Shown one piece after another: positions 9,601 to 17,715 of a stretch of DNA of 57,929 nucleotides. Where the stretch lies: NCBI GenBank assembly GCA_036166355.1, contig JAYZHR010000147.1, forward strand, positions 1-57,929, given 5' to 3'. The position numbers and the translations under genes are program-made. Source of the stretch: Verrucomicrobiota bacterium. GTDB lineage: Bacteria; Verrucomicrobiota; Verrucomicrobiia; Limisphaerales; UBA1096. Position 1 is the stretch's first letter; each line of letters opens with the position of its first letter. Under the pieces are notes generated by a model. That model saw only the letters and a program-made list of their open reading frames with translations. It had not been told where the DNA came from and made no database searches.

Positions 9601-11302
9601 GTGGATTAGTATGAGTAAATGCTTTTGGGTCGCAGCATAGCACAACATCCACATGATTTAGTTCGCAGTTTACTTGAATACGTTCTGGTGCCACGGTGAG
9701 GTAATAATTTGTTGGAGCACCTTTTTTTTCTGAACCATATTTTGGGTTGGCCATTATGAAGAGTTTATCTTCGAGTTGGCCAATATCGTCATAGGTTGGG
9801 TTGCGCTCGGAGATAATCTGGCCAAAATTGCCAATGATCTCACCTAGGTTTTTGCCGGTTGTAATCATACCCCAGCCACCGATTGAGTGAAATCTTACTG
9901 CGATTGCTCCATCGGGGAGTAGGGAAGGGGTGTCCTTAGAGATGACTGCGTAAGGATGATCTATTCCTAGTGTGAAGTAAGTTTCGCCGTCATCAGGGCC
10001 TTTGCCGTCTGTACGCTTGGTCTGGCCGATGGCAAATTCGTAGGCACCGATGCTGTGTTCAGGGCGAAAGTCCCGAGAACCGATTCCGTAACTACCTCGG
10101 AAAATCCTTGGAGTTTCTTCCGGTGTAATGTTTGGCAGATCTCCTCCGAATTTTGCCGCTTCTTGTCCTTTTCCAAGTGCAGTGCGAATATCACGGGTCA
10201 TAGGATTATCACCAGCCATACCTTCATCGGTGCGTTCTAAGATAATGATATTCTTTTTGCCTTTTAGGGCATTAATTATTGCTGCCTCAGGAAAAGGGCG
10301 GATAACGTTGATGTGAATAGAGCCGACCTTGGCATTACGCTGTTCACGAAGATAGTCGCAGGCAGCCTCAATATTTTCAGCAGCGCAACCTAGAGAGATA
10401 AAAACGGTATCTGCATCATCGGTTTTGTATTCATGAATGAGTCCGTAACGTCGACCTGTAAGTTGGGCAAATTCTTCACTACATTGTTCTATGAATCCAA
10501 GAATATGCTCATTAAAATTATTCCGTCGAGCTACCACGCCGTTCATGTGATGTTCCTGATTTTGAACTGGACCAAGAAGAACCGGATTTCTGAGGTCCAT
10601 CATTTCCGGTACGCGGCGTCGAGTTGGTCCAAATAGTTCACGCTGAGCTTCTGTTGGGCAGTCAATTGTATCATTCGGAGCGCCAAGAAACTCGCGTAGT
10701 AATTCTGATTCAGGTGAGCGATATGTACGCTCAGAATGTGTAGTCAACATTCCGTCCTGAATATTCATGCCAGGGTTCAATGAAAGCTCATTAACTTTCC
10801 TGAGAATAATAGCTGCGTCTGCAGCATGTTGAGCATCACGCGCCATCATCATTGTCCAGCCTGTATCAAGAGCTGCATAAAAGTCGTCGTGTGCACAATG
10901 AACATTTAGAGCATGCTTTGTTAGCGCGCGCGCTCCAACTTCTAAAACCATTGTAGATAGCTTGCCTGGAGCATGATAGTACTGCTCCATTGCATAGGCT
11001 AACCCTTGCCCAGAAGTAAAATTGACTGTTCGCTTTCCGGTTACAGCGTAGGCTGTAGCGCCACCCTGAGCTGCGTGTTCACCTTCACACTCGATCGCTA
11101 TTTTTGAATTACCCCATACGTCAAGTTCACCCATGGCAAAAGCTTCTTGATATAGCTCTCCACCTTCGGTTGAGGGGGTAATGGGATAAAAAACACCACC
11201 TTCAGTAATTCGTGTTTCAACTGAACGAGCGACAAGTTGATTTCCGTTAACTGTGACTGGTATGCCGGGGTATTTCGGCTTCGAATCAGATTGCTTCGAC
11301 AT
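6602..11302 (-). CDS. Expanded single-chain pyruvate/2-oxoacid:ferredoxin (flavodoxin) oxidoreductase-like protein (PFOR/NifJ family)
   Basis: The ORF is 1566 aa from the ATG at 11302, which has a GGAGG Shine-Dalgarno at 11312..11308 with 5-nt spacing; the track's TTG at 11335 is less likely. Landmarks appear in PFOR order. These are the PYR domain (GEHAAQGGATAYAVTGKR), the gamma domain (HSIGGWGMITTGKNLG), two CxxCxxCxxxC motifs (CTQCMECITAC and CKGCGECVQVC), GDGACAGCGE, and the TPP motif GGDGAMGDIG...DTQVYSNTGGQ. Confidence 0.9.
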   Translation of the reverse strand: MSKQSDSKPKYPGIPVTVNGNQLVARSVETRITEGGVFYPITPSTEGGELYQEAFAMGELDVWGNSKIAIECEGEHAAQGGATAYAVTGKRTVNFTSGQGLAYAMEQYYHAPGKLSTMVLEVGARALTKHALNVHCAHDDFYAALDTGWTMMMARDAQHAADAAIILRKVNELSLNPGMNIQDGMLTTHSERTYRSPESELLREFLGAPNDTIDCPTEAQRELFGPTRRRVPEMMDLRNPVLLGPVQNQEHHMNGVVARRNNFNEHILGFIEQCSEEFAQLTGRRYGLIHEYKTDDADTVFISLGCAAENIEAACDYLREQRNAKVGSIHINVIRPFPEAAIINALKGKKNIIILERTDEGMAGDNPMTRDIRTALGKGQEAAKFGGDLPNITPEETPRIFRGSYGIGSRDFRPEHSIGAYEFAIGQTKRTDGKGPDDGETYFTLGIDHPYAVISKDTPSLLPDGAIAVRFHSIGGWGMITTGKNLGEIIGNFGQIISERNPTYDDIGQLEDKLFIMANPKYGSEKKGAPTNYYLTVAPERIQVNCELNHVDVVLCCDPKAFTHTNPLEGINKGGCLVWESSDSPEEAWKRIPEKHRQYVKDNNIRIFILPGFDVAREATNREDLQLRMQGNSFLGAFFKVSSFLKDHGISDEQYHEIVHKQYEKKFGRFGEAVVESNMKVMIGGFERVQQINIGELEDEDTSSMRNPLLSPVNASAIEMSPTSGCESSGCPSCAMPDGQVRAPFQTLNKFDSEFRNDLGYHQPAGALSSLGLMGAASGATQSKYVARRETPVYIAENCTQCMECITACPDTALPNTAQDVSTVLVTAIRNYVTDADQQKALLNEVQGLEERCRSQMVDNVANKNKEPFKNILRTEVNQLTTVSEKARSEFTNIIDQLPLAYNDVTAIFRTVEKKNPGNGGLFSIFVSDLCKGCGECVQVCGDHDALRMTRETPELNAELATAQVFSRLLPDTSQKFLGLYNDDTPENSREAALRNHLMVRRNYEALVSGDGACAGCGEKSVLRACASVTEAYMRPIFHKKASRLREAATELENNGVAKLEALKTRDEEEYKWFTWSVSHSIMGLGGENDEDTAKRLAEHGEITDQEIIDALCAVLRQDAFNHRDLQAIDGRHPNGMSVMYMGAHTGCNTVYGSTPPSNPHPYPWMNSLFQDGATISWLISEAAIANHARRSVVPERLANALLTREINISSHEEYFGLTHLDDTLMTDDEIRELPKVWAIGGDGAMGDIGFQNVSKVVLQNKPNVLMLMLDTQVYSNTGGQNSDSSNMLGGYDMNQFGVASQGKLVEKKSVSEAFISGHGSPYVAQVSMANSAKTYRAMLEGLEYRGTAFFQCYTTCQPEHGVPDHMSNDQARLIRDSRGMPEFVYNPRAGETQQECLDLKGNPSVKRDWWEHKYKSTGEKYNYTVAHWAITEARFRKHLKAIPESSVSEFIHIDNMLTCITQQDVTYRNVFKEDHIAYVPDFGVYFKAEVDGKFKYFTVSRQMVLFAVERRKAWRMLQSKAGVENKDYPAQKALLEKIEKEELNRDDLINRGWELLNEEIEGATA

Positions 11303-11337
11303 GAGTTCCTCCGTTTGCGTGGACTGTAAAAACAATC

Positions 11338-11371
11338 AAAACCCCTTTCGGCATTATACCGGGGGTTTTTT
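11338..11371 (-). terminator. Hairpin / probable intrinsic terminator after the TIM-barrel gene
   Basis: AAAACCCC (11338..11345) pairs with GGGGTTTT (11362..11369), with inner CGG/CCG pairs. On the minus-strand transcript the hairpin is followed by UUUUGAUUGUUUUU. It lies between the stop at 11507 and the PFOR start. Confidence 0.5.
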
Positions 11372-11506
11372 ACATCCTACGCGGGCTGGAAGCTAACAAT
11401 TCGATTTTTTTCAAGCAACTCATTTCATGGCTTACTTTTAAGCTTAATTCGGAATAAATTAATCAATTTAATTAATTATTGAATTATTTTTAAGTAAGGA
11501 AGCTTA

Positions 11507-12319
11507 TCAGTTTTCTGCTAAGTCTTTCATTTTGGCTAAGCCTTCCAATGCGACTTCTTTTGGGTTTTTTTTCCATAAATCTTCCCGAAATAATTCTAAG
11601 GAAATCCAGCCTTCATAACCAATTTTTTGAAGTAAAATGAGATATTTTTTCAGATTAAAACAGCCATCACCTGGCATAACCCGATGTTGGTCATGTTGTT
11701 GATTTCGAGGCGGTTTGTTTACCGTATCCATGAAATGAGCTATTGCGACTTGGTGTCCCTTAAGCTTGGTAATTGAGTCTAAAGAGCCATTTCCGCGATG
11801 AATATGAAATGGATCTAGAATAGTTGTTGCCTTTGGGTGTCCTGATTTTTCCATCACTTCGAGAGCTGCATCGATAGTGTTTATTTGTTCTACAAAGCCT
11901 AAAAACTCAATTGAAGGCAGGACATTTATTGATTCACCTAACTCAATTAATTCACGGTATCGTTTAGCACCTAGAGACATATCGGCTTTATGAGAAGGAG
12001 GGCCAGCTATGATGTGAGAAGCCTTAATTGAAGCAGCTTGGTGCATTCGCCTTTTACATTCCTCGAGTACTTTCGGCCAAGCAATAGAATTGGCATCAAA
12101 CCATTTATCTAGATAAATGGTAGTTGGGACAGAAAGTCCGTAATCACAAAGGGCCTTGTGAAGAGTTGATAGTGAACCTCCTTTTTGTAGAAATTCGTCA
12201 ATGTCTTCATGCCATAATTCAATACCCTCAAACCCAGCCAACGAGGCAACTCGGATCTTCTCCATTATTGGGGTAGTACGGATTGTGCTTCCATTAAGAC
12301 TGTAGCGAAAAGCTCCCAT
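11507..12319 (-). CDS. Sugar phosphate isomerase/epimerase (xylose-isomerase-like TIM barrel)
   Basis: The 270-aa ORF shows the family pattern GFEGIELW, ILDPFHIHRGNG and WISLELF. It has no signal peptide. It lies 9 nt downstream of the SDR gene. Confidence 0.75.
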   Translation of the reverse strand: MGAFRYSLNGSTIRTTPIMEKIRVASLAGFEGIELWHEDIDEFLQKGGSLSTLHKALCDYGLSVPTTIYLDKWFDANSIAWPKVLEECKRRMHQAASIKASHIIAGPPSHKADMSLGAKRYRELIELGESINVLPSIEFLGFVEQINTIDAALEVMEKSGHPKATTILDPFHIHRGNGSLDSITKLKGHQVAIAHFMDTVNKPPRNQQHDQHRVMPGDGCFNLKKYLILLQKIGYEGWISLELFREDLWKKNPKEVALEGLAKMKDLAEN

Positions 12320-12328
12320 ACATGCTGC

Positions 12329-13309
12329 TTAATTGATTCCTGCAGTGCTGCGAATAATCTCATCAAGTGAGATCGAGGGTCGAAAACCTGTGAATCTTTC
12401 AAGTTTATTAATCATTGGCTTACGGCGTTGCATGTCTTCGAATCCAGTATCGTAAGCTATTTCATAAGGTACAATTTCAATTTCAGATTTGGAGTCTGTG
12501 ATTGCTATAATGCGATTCGCTAATTCTAGTATACTTATTTCCTCGGTGGATCCTATATTAAACACATTACCTGGAGCGGAAGGGCATTTGGCTAATCGAA
12601 TCAGTGCTTCAATAGTATCATTAACGTGGCAGAAACAGCGTGACTGTTGTCCGTCACCAAATACACGAATTGGTTTGTTAGTCTTTGACGCTTGGATAAA
12701 ACGAGGCAGAACCATTCCGTAGCGTCCAGTCTGTCTAGGGCCGACGGTATTAAAAAGTCTTGCTATGGTGACTGGTAATTGACGTTCATTAAAAAAAGCC
12801 AAGCCAAGAAATTCATCCATTAGCTTCGAGCATGCATAACTCCATCTTCCGAGTGTTGGCGGTCCGATTAGAAGATCGTCCTCTTCACTAAATGATTCAC
12901 GGGTGCTTTTTCCATATACTTCTGAGCTTGAAGCTAGAAGTACAGGTGTACGATTTTGAGCTGCTGCTTCCAATATTACCTCTGTGGATTTCAGGTTGGT
13001 TTCGATTGTTCTGATGGGAGATTGTACAACAAGGTCAACTCCAACGGCTGCCGCGAGGTGGTATACATATTTTGATTTGGCTACGATTTGATCAAGCTCT
13101 TTACAAGAGATTACATCGCTTTCAATAATTCTTAGATTCGATTTACTTAATGTTTTTGGGATATTATTTAGAGATCCGGTTGAGAAATCATCGATAACTA
13201 CAATCTTCTCCCCGGCGTTGAGAAGTCTTTCAACAATGTGTGATCCTATGAATCCGGCACCTCCGGTGATAAGAGTATGTTGATCTTCAGCCACACCGCT
13301 TGGTGTCAT
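12329..13309 (-). CDS. NAD-dependent epimerase/dehydratase (extended SDR, UDP-glucuronate decarboxylase-like)
   Basis: The 326-aa ORF has the Rossmann motif ITGGAGFIGSH. It also has the catalytic YxxxK as YACSK and the Ser in ASSSEVYG. Confidence 0.85.
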   Translation of the reverse strand: MTPSGVAEDQHTLITGGAGFIGSHIVERLLNAGEKIVVIDDFSTGSLNNIPKTLSKSNLRIIESDVISCKELDQIVAKSKYVYHLAAAVGVDLVVQSPIRTIETNLKSTEVILEAAAQNRTPVLLASSSEVYGKSTRESFSEEDDLLIGPPTLGRWSYACSKLMDEFLGLAFFNERQLPVTIARLFNTVGPRQTGRYGMVLPRFIQASKTNKPIRVFGDGQQSRCFCHVNDTIEALIRLAKCPSAPGNVFNIGSTEEISILELANRIIAITDSKSEIEIVPYEIAYDTGFEDMQRRKPMINKLERFTGFRPSISLDEIIRSTAGIN

Positions 13310-13410
13310 TCATCTGCCATGCTGTCAAGCGATAGTCGCGTTAGCTCGACAAGTTGGCTTTATCTGACGCATATTTGCTGTGCTTTGATGGGTATGTTTT
13401 TTTAGTCCAA

Positions 13411-13965
13411 GTGAGAATTCTCATTGCTATAACAGGAGCCAGTGGAATGCTGTATGCTCAGCGTCTGCTTGATAAATTAGGCGAATCTGAGCATGAAATA
13501 CATGTTGTACTGAGTGCTTATGCGCAGACTGTGATTCAACAAGAATTGTCGAGTGGGCTTAATATGGATGATAGAGTTGAGGTGCATAGTATAAAAAGTA
13601 TGAACGTTCCATTTGCTAGTGGTTCTAATGCGTTTGAGGCTATGGCGGTGATTCCTTGTACCATGGGAACATTAGGAAGAATTGCCCATGGATATAGTGA
13701 CAATGTTCTGTTACGAGCTGCTGATGTAATGCTCAAAGAGAATAGAAAACTTATCTTGGTTCCTCGCGAAACACCTTTTAATTTGGTTCATCTTAAAAAC
13801 ATGGAATTGTTGTTGCAGTCTGGTGCGACAATTCTCCCTGCAAACCCGCATTTTTATGCAAATCCAAAATCTATAGAGGAAGTTGCAGATACTGTAGTTG
13901 CGAGGGTTCTTGATCACCTTGGAGTTGCTAATGATACCTCGCCGCGTTGGCAGGAGGAGGAATGA
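13411..13965 (+). CDS. ubiX: UbiX-family flavin prenyltransferase (MqnL-like in a futalosine context)
   Basis: The ORF is 184 aa from the GTG at 13411; the track's TTG at 13354 adds an atypical 19 aa. Motifs seen are ILIAITGASG, PCTMGTLGRIAHG and LVPRETP. Its stop overlaps the next gene's start (ATGA at 13962..13965). Confidence 0.85.
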   Translation: MRILIAITGASGMLYAQRLLDKLGESEHEIHVVLSAYAQTVIQQELSSGLNMDDRVEVHSIKSMNVPFASGSNAFEAMAVIPCTMGTLGRIAHGYSDNVLLRAADVMLKENRKLILVPRETPFNLVHLKNMELLLQSGATILPANPHFYANPKSIEEVADTVVARVLDHLGVANDTSPRWQEEE

Positions 13966-14981
13966 GTGGAGTAGATATAATTAATAAGCCCAAGCTTAAA
14001 AAGAGTGGCTTTTTTGGGTTGCTCCTAAGGTGGGGGCAGTTCGTTAAATTTTCGCATACTATTTTTGCAATGCCGTTCGCTTTGGCATCGATGATGGTTG
14101 CTTCACGGGAACACTTTCAGTTTCTTGAGGATGCGAAGGCAGATTTACCAGCGCCTGCGGTTCAGTATGGTTTTCCAGGGTTAAAATTGTTCATTCTTAT
14201 TATCCTATGCATGGTATGTGCTCGTACCGCTGCTATGGCATTCAATCGAATTGTTGATCGTGATTATGATGCGAAGAACCCACGAACTGCTAATAGACAT
14301 CTACCTACAGGTGAAATCAGTCTTTTCAGTGCATGGTTGTTTTTTAGCTTAAGTGCAGCAGGTTTCTTGGTTTCAGCAGGTTTTATTAATAATGCCTGTC
14401 TTTTCCTTAGTCCTGTGGCTTTGTTTTTCATATGCTTTTATTCGTTAACCAAGCGTTTTACAGACTATACGCACGTTTGGTTGGGGGTTGCTCTTGCCTT
14501 GGCTCCAATTGGAGCATGGATTGCTGTTAAGGGAGGTACAACTGCAGAGTTGTTTCATCTATGGCCACTAAGTCAAAGTCTATTGCCACCATTGATTTTG
14601 GGAGTTGCTGTAGTGTTCTGGTTAATTGGTTTTGATATAATTTACGCAATACAGGATTTTGAATTCGATAAGCAGAATGGGTTACGCTCGTTGGTTACTG
14701 CTTGGGGGCCTAAGAATGCGCTTACTGCATCGTTCTTATCTCATATGATAATGTTAGCTTTGATTTTGCTTTTTGGAATTATGCTCAAAATGCGTGTTGC
14801 ATTCTTGATCGGCTGGTTAATTATTCTTTTTTGTTTGTTGTTTGAGCATTGGATAGCGCGTAAGCGGAGTTTGAAGTGGGTAAACACTGCATTCTTTAAA
14901 CTTAATGCACTCATTAGTTCGGTTTTCTTTTTTGTAGTGGCTACTGAGGTATTGTTTCCATTTTTTCGTCGAATCCAATGA
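13962..14981 (+). CDS. UbiA-family aromatic prenyltransferase (MqnP-like menaquinone prenyltransferase)
   Basis: The ORF is 339 aa from the ATG at 13962, which is preceded by GGAGGAGG at 13953..13960. It is polytopic. It has Asp-rich motifs NRIVDRDYDAKNPRTANR and YAIQDFEFDKQNG. It overlaps both neighbouring genes through ATGA junctions. Confidence 0.8.
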   Translation: MSGVDIINKPKLKKSGFFGLLLRWGQFVKFSHTIFAMPFALASMMVASREHFQFLEDAKADLPAPAVQYGFPGLKLFILIILCMVCARTAAMAFNRIVDRDYDAKNPRTANRHLPTGEISLFSAWLFFSLSAAGFLVSAGFINNACLFLSPVALFFICFYSLTKRFTDYTHVWLGVALALAPIGAWIAVKGGTTAELFHLWPLSQSLLPPLILGVAVVFWLIGFDIIYAIQDFEFDKQNGLRSLVTAWGPKNALTASFLSHMIMLALILLFGIMLKMRVAFLIGWLIILFCLLFEHWIARKRSLKWVNTAFFKLNALISSVFFFVVATEVLFPFFRRIQ

Positions 14982-16093
14982 ATACTTTTATTCCAGAGCC
15001 CTATGCCGGTATTCGTGAAAAGTTGATTTCAGGTCAAAGACTTTGTGATTCTGAGGCGTTACATTTATTCAAGGATTGTGATCTAAATATACTGGGTCAA
15101 CTAGCGGATGAAATTAATCGTCGCAAGAATAATGATCATGCCAGTTACATACTGAATCGGTATTTAAATTATTCTAACTATTGTATTTTGAGTTGCCAAT
15201 TTTGTGCATTCTCAAGAAAAAAGCGCGATGCTAATGGGTTTCAGTTAGCTATTCCTGAAATGGTAGAAAAAGCAAGGGAAGCTTTGTCCATTGGTATAAC
15301 AGAGTTGCATATTGTTGGCGGGTTACACCCAACGCTGCCGTACGGTTATTACAAGGATATGATTAGCGAATTAAAACAAGTTGATGATCGACTGCAGCTG
15401 AAATGTTTTACCGCGGTTGAAATCTTACATCTAGCTCGGCTGGCAAAGAAAACAATGCCGGAAGTGTTACAGGAATTTAAATCACTTGGATTAGATTCGT
15501 TAACCGGAGGAGGCGCGGAGATTTTTAGGCAAGAGGTGCGCGATCGAATAGCTCGAGGGAAGGAGACGGCCGATGAGTATCTCGATGTTCATCGGACTTG
15601 GCATCAACTTGGAGGATACAGTACCTGTACAATGTTATTTGGTCATCTCGAAACGCTCGAAGACCGTATTGATCATATGAAGCAATTGAGACAGTTGCAG
15701 GATGAAACCAATGGTTTTACTGGTTTTATTCCGCTACCTTATCAACCTGATAACAATGAAATTCCTGTTAAGCATCCTCCCACAGGATCTGATATGCTTC
15801 GTACCCTTGCGATAGCGCGGTTATATCTCGATAATTTTGATCATATCACAGCTTATTGGGTAGGTATGGGGATGAAGTTGGCAGAGGTTGCTCTTAACTA
15901 CGGTGCTGACGATGTTCATGGTACAATAATTGAAGAGAAGATTTTTCATATGGCGGGTGCAGATAGTCCTCAGGTGCAGACCGAGACAAAGATGATCACA
16001 GCAATTCGTGAGGCAGGGCGTATTCCCGTACAGCGTGATACTTTTTATAGACCTGTACGAAAATGGAAAGAAGAGGCCATATCCTTGGTTTGA
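14978..16093 (+). CDS. Radical-SAM menaquinone (futalosine pathway) enzyme, most likely aminofutalosine synthase MqnE; MqnC not excluded
   Basis: The 371-aa ORF has a CofH/MqnE/MqnC-like layout. The cluster motif is NYSNYCILSCQFCAF (CxxxCxxC), and GGGAEIF is also present. It lies between the UbiA-like gene and mqnA. Confidence 0.75.
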   Translation: MNTFIPEPYAGIREKLISGQRLCDSEALHLFKDCDLNILGQLADEINRRKNNDHASYILNRYLNYSNYCILSCQFCAFSRKKRDANGFQLAIPEMVEKAREALSIGITELHIVGGLHPTLPYGYYKDMISELKQVDDRLQLKCFTAVEILHLARLAKKTMPEVLQEFKSLGLDSLTGGGAEIFRQEVRDRIARGKETADEYLDVHRTWHQLGGYSTCTMLFGHLETLEDRIDHMKQLRQLQDETNGFTGFIPLPYQPDNNEIPVKHPPTGSDMLRTLAIARLYLDNFDHITAYWVGMGMKLAEVALNYGADDVHGTIIEEKIFHMAGADSPQVQTETKMITAIREAGRIPVQRDTFYRPVRKWKEEAISLV

Positions 16094-16118
16094 ATATGTG
16101 CGATTGGAAAGTAATTGC

Positions 16119-16880
16119 ATGACAAAGAGAATAGGATCGGTTCCATATTTAAATTCTGCTCCACTTACTTTTGGATTAGAGGATGAAACCGAATTTTTGC
16201 CACCTAATCAATTAGCGAGAAGATTGCGATCTGGAGATTTCGATGCCGGTCTTGTCAGTCTAACTGAGGTGCTTCATCATGATTTATATAACGTTTTAGA
16301 TGGAGTGGCAGTGGCCAGCGATGGTCCTGTTAAAAGTGTTTTTCTTGCACATAAAAAACCTCTAGATCAAATTGATATTATTCACGGTGATGTAGCTTCT
16401 TTATCGAGCATTAACTTGTTGAAAGTTATTCTTGATCATTATGGTCTGGTTCCTCGGATTGAGCCGTTCGATGACTACGATTGTGCAGGAGAGCAAGATG
16501 CTGTTTTATTGATTGGGAACCCTGGAATAGACTTTTTAAGAGAATCTCATGAACATCAGATACTTGATCTTGGTCAAGCTTGGAAGGATATAACTGGTTT
16601 GCCTTTTGTTTATGCGGTTTGGGCTGTTCGACGAGATAAAGGTATAGGGGATCTTTACCGGAGACTATTTCATGCTAAAGTCGAAGGCCAAGTGCATCTC
16701 GAAGATATTATTGCTAATCATAAAGATTTTGATTTTGAGTTGCGTGATTCTTACTTGAGGCAGAACATCCGATTTGAATTAGGCGAGCTTGAAAAGGATG
16801 GCATTATGGAATTCGTTCTACGTCTTCGTAAAGTTGTAGGTGAGCCAGTTTTTGTTCCCAATTATGTTTCCGTCATCTAA
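16119..16880 (+). CDS. mqnA: Chorismate dehydratase (futalosine pathway step 1)
   Basis: The ORF is 253 aa from the ATG at 16119. The N-terminus MTKRIGSVPYLNSAPL is the typical MqnA start. The 37-codon extension in the track (16008) overlaps the radical-SAM gene and is rejected. Confidence 0.8.
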   Translation: MTKRIGSVPYLNSAPLTFGLEDETEFLPPNQLARRLRSGDFDAGLVSLTEVLHHDLYNVLDGVAVASDGPVKSVFLAHKKPLDQIDIIHGDVASLSSINLLKVILDHYGLVPRIEPFDDYDCAGEQDAVLLIGNPGIDFLRESHEHQILDLGQAWKDITGLPFVYAVWAVRRDKGIGDLYRRLFHAKVEGQVHLEDIIANHKDFDFELRDSYLRQNIRFELGELEKDGIMEFVLRLRKVVGEPVFVPNYVSVI

Positions 16881-16950
16881 AATAAGAATCTTATTAATCG
16901 CTTATTAAATTAAAAAACAGCTTGGGAGATATGTTTCGTTTGATAGGTTT

Positions 16951-17691
16951 TTGCCTGTAATTGAAAGAATTTCTATTTTGATTAATACACCATCCAGTCA
17001 GAGAGGATTCCTTGGAGGTTTTTTTAAGGCCAAGTTATTTAGAGATTTCTCTAGAACTATGCTGTGGCAGTTGCTGGGTAAGTTGTTCCAGATTGTCGGC
17101 ATGGTGTATGCAACTCGTTGCCTAGGTCCAGACAATATTGGTGTTTCGCGGACTGTTATCACTCTTGCGATGACTCTACAGCTGTGTCTTGCATTTGGTC
17201 TTGATGCTGTGGCAGTGAGGTATGTAGCTAAAGGATCAGCTAAGGCTGGTGATCTTGCCCCAGCAATTTTTACTTTTCGATTTGTGATTGGTTTTATAGC
17301 GGCAGTGCTATGGGTATTTGCTGTTTTGTTCAGCGGCCTACAGGAAGGGGAAAAGTGGACATGGTTGGCGGGGGCGTTGTTTTTACTTGTATGTTGTATG
17401 GATTATAGCTGGATATTTCAAGCTACTGAACAAATGCCCAGAGCCTCTCGCTATCAATTAGTTTCATCGATTATGGCTAGTCTTTGGTTTGTTTTGTTTT
17501 TTCATAAAGACCAATCAATTGGCAGTGATCTCTATGTGTTATTGGCAGTTAATGCGGTTGTAGTAGGTGTGGTTTGGTGGAGGGTATCCGATGAGCTTGG
17601 TTTTCATTGTTTTAGTTTTTCGCGTTTGTCTGGTGCAAAAAAAATGTTTTTAGAGGCGTGGTTGATTTGGCTATTTAATCTTTGTTATTAA
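16951..17691 (+). CDS. Wzx/MOP-family polysaccharide flippase, N-terminal fragment (possible pseudogene)
   Basis: The 246-aa ORF is polytopic. The N-terminus RTMLWQLLGKLFQIVGMVYATRCLGPDNIGV is typical of polysaccharide biosynthesis (Wzx-like) proteins. It ends at a TAA at 17689..17691, in the same frame as the next ORF. Confidence 0.6.
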   Translation: MPVIERISILINTPSSQRGFLGGFFKAKLFRDFSRTMLWQLLGKLFQIVGMVYATRCLGPDNIGVSRTVITLAMTLQLCLAFGLDAVAVRYVAKGSAKAGDLAPAIFTFRFVIGFIAAVLWVFAVLFSGLQEGEKWTWLAGALFLLVCCMDYSWIFQATEQMPRASRYQLVSSIMASLWFVLFFHKDQSIGSDLYVLLAVNAVVVGVVWWRVSDELGFHCFSFSRLSGAKKMFLEAWLIWLFNLCY

Positions 17692-17715
17692 CTGTTTGCG
17701 AATATTGCCCAGATC

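Noticed and set aside
11303-11335. TTG-initiated N-terminal extensions in the track, including 6516..6551, 13354..13410, 13947..13961 and 23725..23772
   Set aside because: In each case an in-frame ATG or GTG further downstream fits better. The evidence is a GGAGG SD (11302 and 13962), a family-typical N-terminus (6515 and 13411) or a signal peptide (23773). The 6551 start would also overlap the terminator hairpin.
16008-16118. 37-codon N-terminal extension of mqnA in the ORF track
   Set aside because: It overlaps the 3' end of the radical-SAM gene in another frame. The internal ATG at 16119 gives the canonical MqnA N-terminus.
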